Shown here one piece after another: positions 63,591 through 64,000 of a DNA stretch of 64,000 nucleotides. The stretch is from Oopsacas minuta. Its lineage: Eukaryota; Animalia; Porifera. Location: assembly GCA_024704765.1 (NCBI GenBank), contig JAKMXF010000122.1, positions 186,001-250,000 on the forward strand, in the 5' to 3' direction. The position numbers and the translations under genes were made by a program. The notes beneath the pieces are model-generated. The model was not told where the DNA came from. It saw nothing but the letters and a program-made list of their open reading frames with translations, and ran no database searches. The first letter of the stretch is position 1, and each line of letters opens with the position of its first letter.

Positions 63591-64000
63591 TTATGTGTGC
63601 AATGTAGGAGCGAGTTTCTCATGTAGTTGGGTTAAGTAGGTGTTATTGACAAAGGCTGATAGTATTCGAGGTTTCAATTGAAGTAGCTCAGAGTCGAAAT
63701 TTTCATAGATTGAGTGTTGTTGCAGTGTTTCAAATGTTTCTTCCATGGTATCCAGGTTCAATATATCATCCAAAGAATCTAAATACATAATAAATATGTG
63801 AAATGTAGGATTGCTATTACGTATTAATCGAATCAATACAGAACACAACTAGTTTTATATGTACTTAATCATGGGCTGAGTCAATTAGTTATAGTTCAGT
63901 ACATTATTGTTTCGCTAATATATTTACCGCTAGAAGGGATTTGCAAGATCTTTTGGGCTTCTTTGATTTGCCTGTCTTCGTTCGAGCCTGCCTTTTTTCG
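63591..64000 (-). CDS. Candidate spliced coding fragment of unknown function (exons 64000-63928 and 63778-63591)
   Basis: GTAAAT donor at 63927 and ...TATTTAG acceptor ending at 63779 define a 149-bp phase-1 intron. Splicing joins RKKAGSNEDRQIKEAQKILQIPSS-D-SLDDILNLD... in frame. No recognisable domain. Confidence 0.3.

Noticed and set aside
1-64000. Uni-strand (flamenco-like) piRNA cluster, or a prokaryotic/viral system
   Set aside because: TE orientations are mixed. There is no operon structure, phage gene, rRNA or tRNA.

Overview
This AT-rich eukaryotic window, probably from an invertebrate animal (inferred from the transposon mix), is almost entirely transposable elements. I found no rRNA, tRNA or CRISPR array and no confidently identifiable host gene. 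I could delimit most elements by reading terminal inverted repeats (TIRs) and target-site duplications (TSDs). They are a P element inserted into a LINE endonuclease remnant, three IS630-Tc1-mariner lineages (DD34E, DD37D, DD37E), a pogo/Tigger element, several hAT elements and their MITEs, an L2-like LINE fossil and a 909-bp palindromic MITE. The hAT set includes one element carrying two nested insertions. The stand-out is a 3,649-bp Mutator-like element (14572-18220) with a perfect 9-bp TSD and ~600-660-bp foldback-type TIRs built from 20-21-bp tandem arrays. It carries the only intact transposase ORF in the window: 535 aa with a FLYWCH-like N-terminus, a complete MULE DDE triad and a C-terminal C3HC4 RING finger of the IAP/MDM2 type, i.e. 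a candidate transposase-E3 ubiquitin ligase fusion. All protein family assignments come from motif recognition by eye; no database search was run.
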